Positions 18,641 through 28,604 of a stretch of 64,000 bases of DNA are shown here, piece after piece. This DNA comes from Gammaproteobacteria bacterium (GTDB lineage Bacteria > Pseudomonadota > Gammaproteobacteria > PS1 > Pseudothioglobaceae). A program made the translations under genes and the position numbers. The notes under the pieces are model-generated. The model did not search any database and was not told the DNA's origin. It saw only the letters and a list, made by a program, of their open reading frames with translations. Position 1 is the stretch's first letter, and every line of letters starts with the position of its first letter. The stretch is taken from positions 835,729 through 899,728 of the forward strand of contig OZ242267.1 in NCBI GenBank assembly GCA_965207335.1, written 5' to 3'.

Positions 18641-19486
18641 ATGGATATACCTAATGACTGTGGTATAGGTCTAAGAAATCCTCATTACGAATACATATTA
18701 ACAGAAAAACCAAAAATACCTTGGCTGGAAGTGCATTCTGAAAATTTTTTTAATAGCAATTCAATACTAGCAAAACAATTATTAAAAATAAGAGAATACT
18801 ACCCGTTGTCTATGCACGGAGTTGGTCTATCATTAGGCTCTTATAATCTATCAAAGTCACATTTAAATTTATTAAAAAAGACTATAGCCATATATCAGCC
18901 TAGTTTGGTATCAGAGCATTTAAGTTGGAGTGCTGTTTGTGGTAAATATTTTAATGATTTACTACCCTTGCCATATACCAAAGAAAGCCTAGCGAATTTT
19001 GCTGATAATGTTAAAAAAACCCAAGATTATCTAAATAGGCAAATACTAATAGAAAATCCATCTACTTACATAAGCTTTGCTAAGCAAGATATGCCAGAAT
19101 GGGAATTTTATGCTCAATTACCTAGTCTTACAGGCTGTGGATTATTGTTTGATGTTAATAATATTGCCGTAAACGGACATAATCATAATTTTAACCCCTT
19201 AGAGTATTTAAAGATTTTAAATAAAAACGATATTTATGAGATTCATTTAGCAGGTGCTAAAACAAATACCTATGAAAATAAACAAATTATGATAGACGAC
19301 CACGGCTCTAAGGTAAGCAATAAGGTATGGGATTTATATCAAAAAACACTTAACTATTTTGGTAATAAACCAAGTTTAATTGAATGGGATACTAATATCC
19401 CTGATATTTCAATACTATTAAATGAGGCTAAAAAAGCTCAAATTAAATTAAATGCAACTAAAAAAACTACAACAACAATTTGCTGA
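18641..19486 (+). CDS. bufB: DUF692 / MNIO (multinuclear non-heme iron oxidative) enzyme, BufB-like
   Basis: GIGLRNPHY..WLEVHSENF..SMHGVGLSLGS..VSEHLSW..IENPSTY..EIHLAG..DDHG..IEWD motifs typical of DUF692. Confidence 0.85.
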   Translation: MDIPNDCGIGLRNPHYEYILTEKPKIPWLEVHSENFFNSNSILAKQLLKIREYYPLSMHGVGLSLGSYNLSKSHLNLLKKTIAIYQPSLVSEHLSWSAVCGKYFNDLLPLPYTKESLANFADNVKKTQDYLNRQILIENPSTYISFAKQDMPEWEFYAQLPSLTGCGLLFDVNNIAVNGHNHNFNPLEYLKILNKNDIYEIHLAGAKTNTYENKQIMIDDHGSKVSNKVWDLYQKTLNYFGNKPSLIEWDTNIPDISILLNEAKKAQIKLNATKKTTTTIC

Positions 19487-20108
19487 CGATATAAAAAATC
19501 TAACAGCATCTATTAACTTGTATAATTACAATAAAGATTTTAGTGCTAAAGAATTAATATCGGTTTACCATAATAACTATATTTACACCTTAATTGATAC
19601 TTTAAAATCTAGCTATAATTGTATTTTTAGGTTGGTAGGCAACGATTTTTTTAATTATATTGCTAAAAAATATATTAAAAATAATCCCCAAAGACAGGGC
19701 TATTTACAAAATTATGGCGATAATTTTAGTAGTTTTATTGCCAGTGTGCCAGAATGCAAAAACATGCCTTATTTGGTAGATATAGCATTATTAGAAAGAT
19801 ATTATGAATTATGCTACCATAGTAATAATACTGGCTTTGATTTTGCTAAACTGCCAGTTGGATTTAGTAAAAATATTAATAAATATGATAAAATTTTACC
19901 ATTTATAAATGACTGTTATGTACTTAGTTCTAAATATCCAATACTAGATATATGGCGTTTAAATGAAAATAGTTCAAACTTAGACTTAGCAAAAAGTTGT
20001 GATAATGTATTAATTTATAAATATAATGATAGAGTTTGTGTTATTTCATTATCAAAATTAGATTATAAATTTATAAAAATTAACTATAATACAATGTTAT
20101 TAAAATGA
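19452..20108 (+). CDS. bufC: DUF2063-like partner protein (BufC-like)
   Basis: Overlaps the DUF692 gene by 35 nt. N-terminal LQQQFADDI and YHNNY motifs fit DUF2063. The position is the conserved one in DUF2282-DUF692-DUF2063 operons. Confidence 0.6.
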   Translation: MQLKKLQQQFADDIKNLTASINLYNYNKDFSAKELISVYHNNYIYTLIDTLKSSYNCIFRLVGNDFFNYIAKKYIKNNPQRQGYLQNYGDNFSSFIASVPECKNMPYLVDIALLERYYELCYHSNNTGFDFAKLPVGFSKNINKYDKILPFINDCYVLSSKYPILDIWRLNENSSNLDLAKSCDNVLIYKYNDRVCVISLSKLDYKFIKINYNTMLLK

Positions 20109-20554
20109 TAATTACAATGGCAAAATTAATAAACCTATACAATTTATTTTTTACAACACTAACTAAATATATTGAAGATATATTTTTATTGTTTTTACGC
20201 TTATATGTAGCCGATGCTTTTTTTCGCTCAGGATACATAAAATTAACCTCGTGGGATACTACTTTGTATTTATTTGAAAATGAGTATAGTGTGCCACTAC
20301 TTAATTTTCAACTAGCCGCTGTTTTAGGCACAGCAACAGAATTGATTTTACCTATATTATTAATATTTGGCTTAATAACTCGTTTTAGTGCTTTGGCTTT
20401 ATTTGTTTTTAATATTGTTGCAATATACTCTTATCCTGCTATTTGGGCCAATGGTTTTTGGGACCATAAGTTATGGGGTATTATGATGTTAGTATTAGTT
20501 ATTTACGGTTCAGGTAAGTTTGCTATTGATACTATACTGTGTAAAAAATGTTAG
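20105..20554 (+). CDS. DoxX-family integral membrane protein
   Basis: Four predicted TM helices. LRLYVADAFFRSGYIKL is DoxX-like. 4-nt overlap with the preceding gene. Confidence 0.7.
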   Translation: MIITMAKLINLYNLFFTTLTKYIEDIFLLFLRLYVADAFFRSGYIKLTSWDTTLYLFENEYSVPLLNFQLAAVLGTATELILPILLIFGLITRFSALALFVFNIVAIYSYPAIWANGFWDHKLWGIMMLVLVIYGSGKFAIDTILCKKC

Positions 20555-20575
20555 TAATTTATTAAGGAGAAAAAT

Positions 20576-22099
20576 ATGAGTGAAAATATTATGGCCATTG
20601 TTAGCTGGACAATACCATTTTTAGATGCTATGGTTACCTTGTTTGTATTTGCAGTAGGTATAGTTGTTTTAATTATTATCGTAGTATTTATCAAAGATAT
20701 TACCCAAAAGAAAAATGCTATTTTGCATAATTACCCTGTAATTGGTCATTTTCGCAATATATTTATTAGCTTAGGTGAGTTTTTTAGGCAATACTTCTTT
20801 GCAATGGATAGAGAAGAAATGCCATTTAATCGTGCTGAAAGAGAGTGGGTTAAAAAAGCAGCAGACAATACAGATACCACAGTAGCATTTGGTTCTACTA
20901 GAAACCTTAATATTGTTGGTATGCCAATATTTGCTAATTGTGCGTTTCCAATTTTGGACGAGGATTCCATTCCTGCTAGTGTCATAACTATAGGTGATGG
21001 CTATTGCGAAAAACCATATACAGCAAAATCTATATTTAATATCTCAGGTATGAGTTTTGGTGCTATATCTAAGCCAGCAGTATTAGCATTTTCTAACGGG
21101 GCTAAAATGGCTGGTTGTTGGTATAACACTGGCGAAGGTGGTTTATCACCATTTCATTTAGAAGGTGGTGCTGATATTGTTTTTCAAATAGGTACTGCAA
21201 AATACGGTGTGCGTGATTTAGATGGTAGTTTAAGCAAAGAAAAATTACAAAAAATAGCGGAACATGATAATATTAAAATGTTTGAAATTAAAATGTCGCA
21301 AGGTGCAAAACCAGGAAAAGGTGGAATACTACCGGGAATTAAAGTAAAACCAATAATAGCAGAAATAAGAGGTATTAAAGAAGGTGAAGATTCTATATCG
21401 CCTAATAGACATTTAGAGATAGAAAAAGGCTCTGATTTACTAGATATGATAACTCGTGTTCGTAAAATTACAGGCAAACCAACAGGATTTAAGACTGTTA
21501 TTGGTAGTGTAGAGTGGTTGGATGATTTATTTGAAGAAATAAATAAGCGGGGTAAAGAATCAGCACCAGATTTTATTACCTTAGACAGTGGTGACGGCGG
21601 TACAGGTGCTGCACCTATGACACTTATGGATAATGTTGGTATGACAATTAAAGAAACACTACCACTACTTGTTGATAAACTAACACAATACAATTTAAGA
21701 GATAGAGTAAAAGTTATTACTTCTGGTAAACTTATTAATCCAGGAAGTGTTGCCTGGGCCTTATGTGCTGGTGCTGACTTTATCACATCTGCTAGGGGTT
21801 TTATGTTTTCAATAGGATGCATACAAGCATTAAAATGTAATAAAAATACTTGCCCAACAGGTATTACTACTCATAATAAAAGATTACAAAAAGGTTTAAA
21901 TCCACAAGATAAAGCGGTAAAAGTCGCTAATTATGTATATAATATAAATCATGCACTAGAAGTTATTGCTCATTCTTGCGGAGTTAAGGAGCCAAGGCAA
22001 TTAAACAGAACTCATGTTAGAATTGTGCAAAATGATGGTAAATCAATAATTATGGAAAAACTATACCCAAATAAAGGAGAGAGAAATGAAAGCGTCTGA
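20576..22099 (+). CDS. FMN-binding glutamate-synthase-family (GltB domain 2-like) protein with N-terminal membrane anchor
   Basis: MSFGAIS, KMSQGAKPGKGG, DSGDGGTGAAP and GRGFMFSIGCIQALKCNKNTCPTGITT motifs. AAGGAGA precedes the start. Confidence 0.8.
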   Translation: MSENIMAIVSWTIPFLDAMVTLFVFAVGIVVLIIIVVFIKDITQKKNAILHNYPVIGHFRNIFISLGEFFRQYFFAMDREEMPFNRAEREWVKKAADNTDTTVAFGSTRNLNIVGMPIFANCAFPILDEDSIPASVITIGDGYCEKPYTAKSIFNISGMSFGAISKPAVLAFSNGAKMAGCWYNTGEGGLSPFHLEGGADIVFQIGTAKYGVRDLDGSLSKEKLQKIAEHDNIKMFEIKMSQGAKPGKGGILPGIKVKPIIAEIRGIKEGEDSISPNRHLEIEKGSDLLDMITRVRKITGKPTGFKTVIGSVEWLDDLFEEINKRGKESAPDFITLDSGDGGTGAAPMTLMDNVGMTIKETLPLLVDKLTQYNLRDRVKVITSGKLINPGSVAWALCAGADFITSARGFMFSIGCIQALKCNKNTCPTGITTHNKRLQKGLNPQDKAVKVANYVYNINHALEVIAHSCGVKEPRQLNRTHVRIVQNDGKSIIMEKLYPNKGERNESV

Positions 22100-23717
22100 T
22101 TTATTCGTTAAAGCGTTAGAAAATGAAAATGTAAAATATATTTTTGGCATACCTGGAGAAGAAAATTTAGATTTTTTAGATTCTTTACGAGAATCAAGTA
22201 TTAAATTAATCTTAACAAGACATGAACAAGGTGCAGCATTTATGGCTGCTACTTATGGTAGATTAACAGGTAATCCTGGTGTTTGTATAGCTACCCTAGG
22301 TCCTGGTGCTACCAATCTTGTAACTGGTGCCGCCTATGCACAATTAGGTGCTATGCCTCTTGTTATGCTTACCGGGCAAAAACCTATTTTAGAGGGCAAG
22401 CAAGGCAAATTCCAAATAGTAGATATAGTGCGAATGATGGAGCCTCTTACTAAATTTACCAAACAAATTGTAAGTGCTAATACTATACCATCTTTGGTAA
22501 GAGAAGCATTTAGAGAAGCAAGATATGAAAGACCAGGAGCGGTACACTTAGAACTACCTGAGGATATTGCCAGAGAGATATCAACAGAGCCAAATATAAT
22601 ACCAGTACACGATGTGTATAGACCAAATGCTGATGAAGTTGTTATTGATATGGCTATAAAAGCAATTGAAGATGCTAGAAAACCAATTGTTTTAATTGGT
22701 GCTGGTGCTAATCGTAAGATGATTTTTGAGCCATTAAATGCCTTTATTGAAAAAACAAAGTTACCATTTTTTAATACCCAAATGGGTAAAGGTGTGGTTA
22801 GTTGTGAAAATGAATTATTTCTAGGAACAGCTGCTCTTTCTGCTGGTGATTATGTACATAAATCTGTAGAAATAGCAGACTTGATTATAAATATTGGTCA
22901 TGATGTGGTAGAAAAACCACCATTTTTTATGAGCCATAATGGACAAAAGGTAGTACATATTAATTTTAATAAAGCAGATATAGACGATGTTTATTTTCCA
23001 CAGGTAGAAGTAATAGGAGATATAGCTGATAGTATAATTAGAATTACAGAGGGAATATCTCCTAATCAAAATTCTAGTCTTGATGTATTTATGAATATTA
23101 GAAAAAAAACCAAAGAAGCTCTTCATAAGTCTGATGATGATGATAGTTTTCCTATGTTGCCACAAAGAATAGTGGCAGATGTTCGCAAATCTTTAGACAG
23201 AGATGCTATTATTGCCCTAGATAATGGCATGTATAAAATATGGTTTGCACGCCATTATCATACTTATATGCCAAATACTGTATTACTAGATAATGCCCTT
23301 GCAACAATGGGTGCAGGACTACCTTCTGCTATGACTTGTGCTTTAATATATCCAAAACGCCAGGTTATGTCAATTTGTGGCGATGGTGGTTTTATGATGA
23401 ACTCTCAAGAGATAGAAACCGCAATTAGACTTAAATTAAACCTTGTAGTATTAATAATAAGAGATGATGCTTATGGAATGATAAGGTGGAAACAAGAAGT
23501 TCAAGAACTAGATGATTTTGGTTTAAAATATGGTAATCCTGACTTTGTTAAATATGCAGAAAGTTATGGTGCTTATGGACATAGAATTCAATCAGCAAAA
23601 GAATTTATACCTACTATTAAAAAATGCTATGCTCAAGGAGGAGTGCATATTGTTGAAGTACTTATTGATTACTCAGAAAATAGAAAAGTATTAATAAACG
23701 AATTGAGTAAATTATAA
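22086..23717 (+). CDS. Thiamine-diphosphate-dependent enzyme of the acetolactate synthase large-subunit family
   Basis: IFGIPGEENLDFLD, RHEQGAAFMA, LGPGATNLVTG and GDGGFMMNSQEIET (TPP-binding) motifs. Overlaps the upstream gene by 14 nt. Confidence 0.85.
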   Translation: MKASDLFVKALENENVKYIFGIPGEENLDFLDSLRESSIKLILTRHEQGAAFMAATYGRLTGNPGVCIATLGPGATNLVTGAAYAQLGAMPLVMLTGQKPILEGKQGKFQIVDIVRMMEPLTKFTKQIVSANTIPSLVREAFREARYERPGAVHLELPEDIAREISTEPNIIPVHDVYRPNADEVVIDMAIKAIEDARKPIVLIGAGANRKMIFEPLNAFIEKTKLPFFNTQMGKGVVSCENELFLGTAALSAGDYVHKSVEIADLIINIGHDVVEKPPFFMSHNGQKVVHINFNKADIDDVYFPQVEVIGDIADSIIRITEGISPNQNSSLDVFMNIRKKTKEALHKSDDDDSFPMLPQRIVADVRKSLDRDAIIALDNGMYKIWFARHYHTYMPNTVLLDNALATMGAGLPSAMTCALIYPKRQVMSICGDGGFMMNSQEIETAIRLKLNLVVLIIRDDAYGMIRWKQEVQELDDFGLKYGNPDFVKYAESYGAYGHRIQSAKEFIPTIKKCYAQGGVHIVEVLIDYSENRKVLINELSKL

Positions 23718-23740
23718 AAATTATTTAATAAAGCCATATA

Positions 23741-23771
23741 AAGCCTAATTTTAAAAATTGGGCTTTTTTTA
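23741..23771 (+). terminator. Rho-independent terminator candidate after the TPP-enzyme gene
   Basis: AAGCCTAATTT..AAATTGGGCTT hairpin (one mismatch) followed by TTTTTTT. Confidence 0.6.
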
Positions 23772-23889
23772 TTACATTATATTGATACCTGTATTGTGTA
23801 TTTATTTGCTAGTTATTAGTATATATGTTATTTTTTTAGGTTATAATTGATGCATTTAGCAGATTGTTAATATTGTATCAGTCTATGTT

Positions 23890-24369
23890 ATGACAACAAC
23901 TCCAATGACTATTAAAGGTGCCTCTTACTTAGAAGCCGAGCACCTAAAACTTATCAATAAAGATAGAAAGAGGATAATAAAAGCTATTGCTACTGCAAGA
24001 GAGCACGGTGATTTAAAAGAAAATGCCGAATATCATTCTGCTAAAGAAGAGCAATCCTTTATAGAGGGTAGAATTGCCGAAGTAGAAGCAAAGTTAAGCA
24101 ATGCCGAAATAATTGATATTCAAACCTTAATAAATCAAAAAAACATAGTATTTGGTGCTACCGTATCCTTAGAAGAAATAACAACTGGTAAAGCTCTATC
24201 TTATCAAATAGTAGGTGAAGATGAGGCGGATATTAATATTGGTAAAATATCTTATTTATCTCCCATAGCAAAAGCACTAATAGGTAAAGAATTAGATGAT
24301 GAGGTAGTGGTAAAAGCACCTAAAGGCAATATAGAATATGAAATTACTAACATTCAATACATAATTTAA
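23890..24369 (+). CDS. greA: Transcription elongation factor GreA
   Basis: [19 protein letters not shown] and the C-terminal [10 protein letters not shown] motif. Confidence 0.95.
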   Translation: MTTTPMTIKGASYLEAEHLKLINKDRKRIIKAIATAREHGDLKENAEYHSAKEEQSFIEGRIAEVEAKLSNAEIIDIQTLINQKNIVFGATVSLEEITTGKALSYQIVGEDEADINIGKISYLSPIAKALIGKELDDEVVVKAPKGNIEYEITNIQYII

Positions 24370-24379
24370 CACCTATAAA

Positions 24380-25108
24380 GTGCAACACAATTTAATAATA
24401 AATAATATTAGTAAATCTTATAAATATCGCACAGTTGTTGATAATGTATCTTTGAAAATAAAAAGTGGTGATGTTGTTGGTTTATTAGGTCCTAATGGCT
24501 CTGGAAAAACAACTTGTTTTCAAATAATATCTGGCTTGATTAAAGCTAATTCTGGTGATATTTTTTTAGATAATAAAAAGCTCAATAAACTACCAATAGA
24601 TAAAAGATCTCTATTAGGTATAGGATATTTATCACAAGAGGCTTCTATTTTTAGAGGTTTAAGCGTAGTAGATAATATTATGGCTGTGCTACAAACTCAA
24701 AAAAAAATCAAAAAAAAACAACGCCTAGAACAATTAGAACAACTACTAGATGAGTTTAATATAGCCAGTATTCGCAACTTAATGGGGGTAAGTTTATCAG
24801 GCGGTGAAAGAAGAAGAGTAGAAATAGCAAGAATCTTAGCTATAAAACCAAGGTTTATTCTATTAGATGAGCCATTTTCTGGTGTTGACCCTATTTCTAT
24901 TACTGACTTACAAAACCTAATTTATAATTTAAAAAATAAAAATATTGGCATTCTAATTACTGACCATAATTTTAGAGAATTATTAGACACTTGCGATTAT
25001 TCTTATGTTTTAAACGAGGGTAAAATTATCTCTGAAGGTAGTAAAGAAAATATTCTAAAAAATAAACAAGTACAAAAAGTTTATCTAGGCGAAAAGTACC
25101 ATGGATAA
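24380..25108 (+). CDS. lptB: LPS export ABC transporter ATP-binding protein LptB
   Basis: GTG start. Walker A GPNGSGKTT, YLSQEASIFRGLSV, signature LSGGERRRVEIAR, Walker B ILLDEP. Confidence 0.9.
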   Translation: MQHNLIINNISKSYKYRTVVDNVSLKIKSGDVVGLLGPNGSGKTTCFQIISGLIKANSGDIFLDNKKLNKLPIDKRSLLGIGYLSQEASIFRGLSVVDNIMAVLQTQKKIKKKQRLEQLEQLLDEFNIASIRNLMGVSLSGGERRRVEIARILAIKPRFILLDEPFSGVDPISITDLQNLIYNLKNKNIGILITDHNFRELLDTCDYSYVLNEGKIISEGSKENILKNKQVQKVYLGEKYHG

Positions 25109-26135
25109 ATGTAATGATGATTTTTATACCTTAGGAATTGAAAGCTCCTGCGATGAAACAGCAGTAGCAATTTATAGTGAAAAAAAAGGTTTAATAGCTC
25201 ATCAACTGCACAGTCAAATAGCTATTCATAATAAATATGGTGGAGTAGTACCAGAACTTGCATCAAGAGAGCATATTTTAAAGGTTATACCGCTTTTAAA
25301 AAAGACTCTAACTGCTAGCAATATTAATATAAGGCAAATAAACGGTATTGCTTATACCAAAGGGCCTGGGCTAGCTGGGGCATTATTAGTTGGTAGCTCT
25401 ATTGCCAAAAGTCTAGCTTATAGCCTAAATATACCATCTCTTGGAATAAACCATATGGAAGGACATTTACTAGCGCCATTATTAGAAGTAAATAAACCAA
25501 AAATGCCATTTATATGTTTATTAGTATCAGGCGGACATACTATGTTGTTAGAGGTATCTGATTTTGGCAAATATAAATTATTAGGCGAAACTCTAGACGA
25601 TTCTGCAGGAGAAGCATTTGATAAAACTGCTAAATTACTAGGTTTAGGTTATCCAGGTGGTGCTAAATTATCCAAACTAGCACAAAACGGCAATAAAACA
25701 AAGTTTAATTTTCCAAGGCCGTTACTTAATAAACACAATAAAAATAATTTAGATTTTAGTTTTAGCGGCTTAAAAACATTTGCCAAAAATACCATAGTTA
25801 ATAACCCTGATAATTTAGCAGATATTGCTTGTTGTTTTGAAAATGCAGTGTGTGATGTTTTAACCACAAAAAGTATAATGGCATTACAACAAAGAAAATT
25901 ATCTACCTTAGTAGTATCTGGGGGAGTTAGTGCTAATAGTACACTTAGAAATAGCATTAATAATATTTGTCATAATAATAATATAAAGGTATTTTATCCA
26001 AGAATTGAATTTTGCACAGATAATGCTGCTATGATAGCATTAGCTGGTCATATTAGACTAATAAAAAAGCAAAAAGATACTGATAATATCATCAGTATTA
26101 AGCCAAGATGGCCCTTAGAAGACTTAAATGAATAG
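25101..26135 (+). CDS. tsaD: tRNA N6-adenosine threonylcarbamoyltransferase TsaD
   Basis: GIESSCDETAVAI, NHMEGH, SGGHT and GGVSAN motifs. Confidence 0.95.
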   Translation: MDKCNDDFYTLGIESSCDETAVAIYSEKKGLIAHQLHSQIAIHNKYGGVVPELASREHILKVIPLLKKTLTASNINIRQINGIAYTKGPGLAGALLVGSSIAKSLAYSLNIPSLGINHMEGHLLAPLLEVNKPKMPFICLLVSGGHTMLLEVSDFGKYKLLGETLDDSAGEAFDKTAKLLGLGYPGGAKLSKLAQNGNKTKFNFPRPLLNKHNKNNLDFSFSGLKTFAKNTIVNNPDNLADIACCFENAVCDVLTTKSIMALQQRKLSTLVVSGGVSANSTLRNSINNICHNNNIKVFYPRIEFCTDNAAMIALAGHIRLIKKQKDTDNIISIKPRWPLEDLNE

Positions 26136-27624
26136 CCTATCAAAACTATACACCAGAGCAGAGCAAGGGTTATTAGCACCCCTAGTAACAGTGGAAGTAC
26201 ACTTATTTAATGGCTTGCCTAATTTTTCCATAGTTGGCTTGCCAGAAACTGCGGTAAAAGAAAGTAAAGACAGAGTTGTATCTGCTTTAATAAACAGTAA
26301 TTTTAAACCTTATAAGAAACGCATTACAGTTAGTTTATCGCCTGCTAATATACCAAAAAAAGGTGGACGATTTGATTTATCAATAGCAATAGGTATTTTA
26401 ATATCTTCTAATCAAATAAGCCCTAATATTAATACTAGCAAACTAGAGTTTTATGGTGAGTTAGGCTTAGATGGCGAGTTAAAAGCAACCAGTGGTTTAT
26501 TGCCAGCTGTTATTTTAGCTATTAAAAAAAATAATAAAATAATAATTCCAAAAGCTAATATGCCTCAAATGTCATTAATAGATGATAATTATCTAATACC
26601 ATGTAGTAATTTATTAGAAGTGTGTAGGGTATTAAAGGGTGAAATTATTACTATTGAATCTAAAAAACCAATAATAAATACTAGATATAGTAAAGATTTT
26701 GCCCAAGTCAAAGGACAAGACAGAGCCAAAAGAGCCTTAGAAGTTGCTGCATCAGGAGGACATAATATTTTATTAATCGGACCACCAGGTGCTGGTAAAA
26801 CTATGCTTGCTGAAAGACTTCCTAGTATATTACCGCCACTTAGTAAAAAAGATGCCTTAGAAAAATCTAGCATTTTTAGTGTTGCAGACCAAGCACTTGA
26901 CGAAAAAGATATAATGATAAGAGCATTTAGAACTCCTCATCATAGTGCTTCTGCTGTAGCCCTAGTAGGTGGTGGTAGCAATCCTAAGCCTGGAGAAATA
27001 TCACTTGCTCATAATGGGGTATTGTTTTTGGATGAATTACCAGAATTCCCAAGAAGTGTGCTAGAAATGCTAAGACAGCCAATAGAAAGTAAAAAAGTGC
27101 ATATATCAAGGTCATTAGGTAGAATTAGTTATCCAGCTAATTTTCAATTAATATGCGCTATGAACCCATGCCCTTGTGGTTATTCGGGTGATGTTAGACA
27201 TAATTGTAGTTGTACAGAAGATAAAATCCTTAAATATCGCTCTAAAATATCAGGGCCATTATTAGATAGAATTGATATGATTTTAGATGTTCCTGCACTA
27301 CATACCAATGAGTTATTAGCAGAAAAACAGCAGTTGGGTAATGACAAATCAAATATAATACGCCAAAGAGTTATTAAGGCAAATAATATACAAATCAACA
27401 GACAAAATAAACTAAATAATATGCTAAGTTCTGATGAATTAAGTAGTATTAAATTAACAGATGACAATAAAAAATTACTAGAACAAGCAATTAATAAATT
27501 AAAATTATCAGCAAGAGCTTATTATCGTATTTTAAAAGTAGCAAGAACTATTGCAGATTTAGATAATAACATAAATATAAATAGCAAATATTTAAGTGAA
27601 GCTATTAGTTACAGGCGTTTATAA
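26128..27624 (+). CDS. comM: YifB/ComM-family Mg-chelatase-like AAA+ ATPase
   Basis: Lon-like N-domain, Walker A GPPGAGKTM, FLDELPEF, CPCGY zinc motif. Confidence 0.9.
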   Translation: MNSLSKLYTRAEQGLLAPLVTVEVHLFNGLPNFSIVGLPETAVKESKDRVVSALINSNFKPYKKRITVSLSPANIPKKGGRFDLSIAIGILISSNQISPNINTSKLEFYGELGLDGELKATSGLLPAVILAIKKNNKIIIPKANMPQMSLIDDNYLIPCSNLLEVCRVLKGEIITIESKKPIINTRYSKDFAQVKGQDRAKRALEVAASGGHNILLIGPPGAGKTMLAERLPSILPPLSKKDALEKSSIFSVADQALDEKDIMIRAFRTPHHSASAVALVGGGSNPKPGEISLAHNGVLFLDELPEFPRSVLEMLRQPIESKKVHISRSLGRISYPANFQLICAMNPCPCGYSGDVRHNCSCTEDKILKYRSKISGPLLDRIDMILDVPALHTNELLAEKQQLGNDKSNIIRQRVIKANNIQINRQNKLNNMLSSDELSSIKLTDDNKKLLEQAINKLKLSARAYYRILKVARTIADLDNNININSKYLSEAISYRRL

Positions 27625-27625
27625 A

Positions 27626-27789
27626 GAGACCTTTGCATAAATATGAATAATCATCAGAACCCCGCTTTCCACTCACTTGATAATCTTTATCAAACCAGCC
27701 TTAGAACAACTAGGGTAGGCTTAATAGAATATCATCAATTAAGCAAAAATCAGAGCTCTGCTAATCATTCCTATTTATGCAAAGGCCTC
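27626..27789. mobile_element. MITE copy (full length, 164 bp)
   Basis: Termini GAGACCTTTGCATAAATA / TATTTATGCAAAGGCCTC. Exact 5-bp duplication ATAAA (27621-27625 and 27790-27794). Confidence 0.9.
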
Positions 27790-27803
27790 ATAAAAAAATT
27801 AAA

Positions 27804-28604
27804 TTATGAGGAATTCAAAGATTTTCGCCTTAAATATTCAATAATAAACAGTAGTAACATAGATACTAACAGCAATAAAGTAGCAACAGCTAGTATGGTT
27901 GGATTTATTTCTTCTCTTAAACCTGAAAACATTTGTTTGGGTATTGTTTTTTGTTCTACTGTAGCCATAAATAAAACAATTACTACCTCATCAAAAGAAG
28001 CAATAAAAGCAAATAATGCCCCTGATATAACTCCCGGTCTAATAATTGGCAGGGTTATTTTAAAAAAACTAATTATTGGATTAGCACCTAAACTTGCAGA
28101 TGCTTTTAATAAAGTTCTATCAAAACCTGCTAAAGTAGCAGTGACTGTAATTACTACAAAAGGCACACCTAAAATAGTATGAGCAATAATAATTGCAAAA
28201 TTTGAGCCGGCAATGCCAATTATTGAATAGAAAAAATACATACCAGAGCCTATTATAATTAATGGTACTATCATAGGTGATATGGCTATAGTCATTATTG
28301 TTTTACGATATGGCATATACTTTGATGATAAACCAATAGCGGTTAATGTGCCTAAAATAGTAGCTAATATTGCCGAATTAATAGCGAAATAAAAACTATT
28401 TTTAATAGCAAGTTGCCATTGCTTGTCAGCAAAGAAATTTTGATACCATTTTAATGAGTAAGCCTCAGGCTCAAAGTGTAACATACCATAAGTAAAACTA
28501 AAAAATGGCTCGGCATTAAAAGACAATGGTATAACAATTAGTATAGGAAATACTAAAAAAAACAATATAAGTGCTACTATAATTTTAAGTGGTAGTTGCT
28601 TCAT
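27804..28604 (-). CDS. ABC transporter permease (PotC-like, polyamine/opine-type importer)
   Basis: Six TM segments. EAA-loop-like LKASASLGANPIISFFKITLPIIRPG. Confidence 0.8.
   Translation of the reverse strand: MKQLPLKIIVALILFFLVFPILIVIPLSFNAEPFFSFTYGMLHFEPEAYSLKWYQNFFADKQWQLAIKNSFYFAINSAILATILGTLTAIGLSSKYMPYRKTIMTIAISPMIVPLIIIGSGMYFFYSIIGIAGSNFAIIIAHTILGVPFVVITVTATLAGFDRTLLKASASLGANPIISFFKITLPIIRPGVISGALFAFIASFDEVVIVLFMATVEQKTIPKQMFSGLREEINPTILAVATLLLLVSMLLLFIIEYLRRKSLNSS

Noticed and set aside
27643-28182. 179-aa plus-strand ORF starting in a MITE and running antisense through the PotC-like permease
   Set aside because: The N-terminal part is MITE sequence and the rest is antisense to a gene with clear ABC-permease motifs. 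The same reasoning rejects 1008-1214, 7978-8253, 8748-9155, 9805-10193, 13742-13999, 21184-21822, 22821-23165, 25649-25957, 42334-42726, 47708-47944, 57047-57580 and the other short overlapping ORFs in the track.
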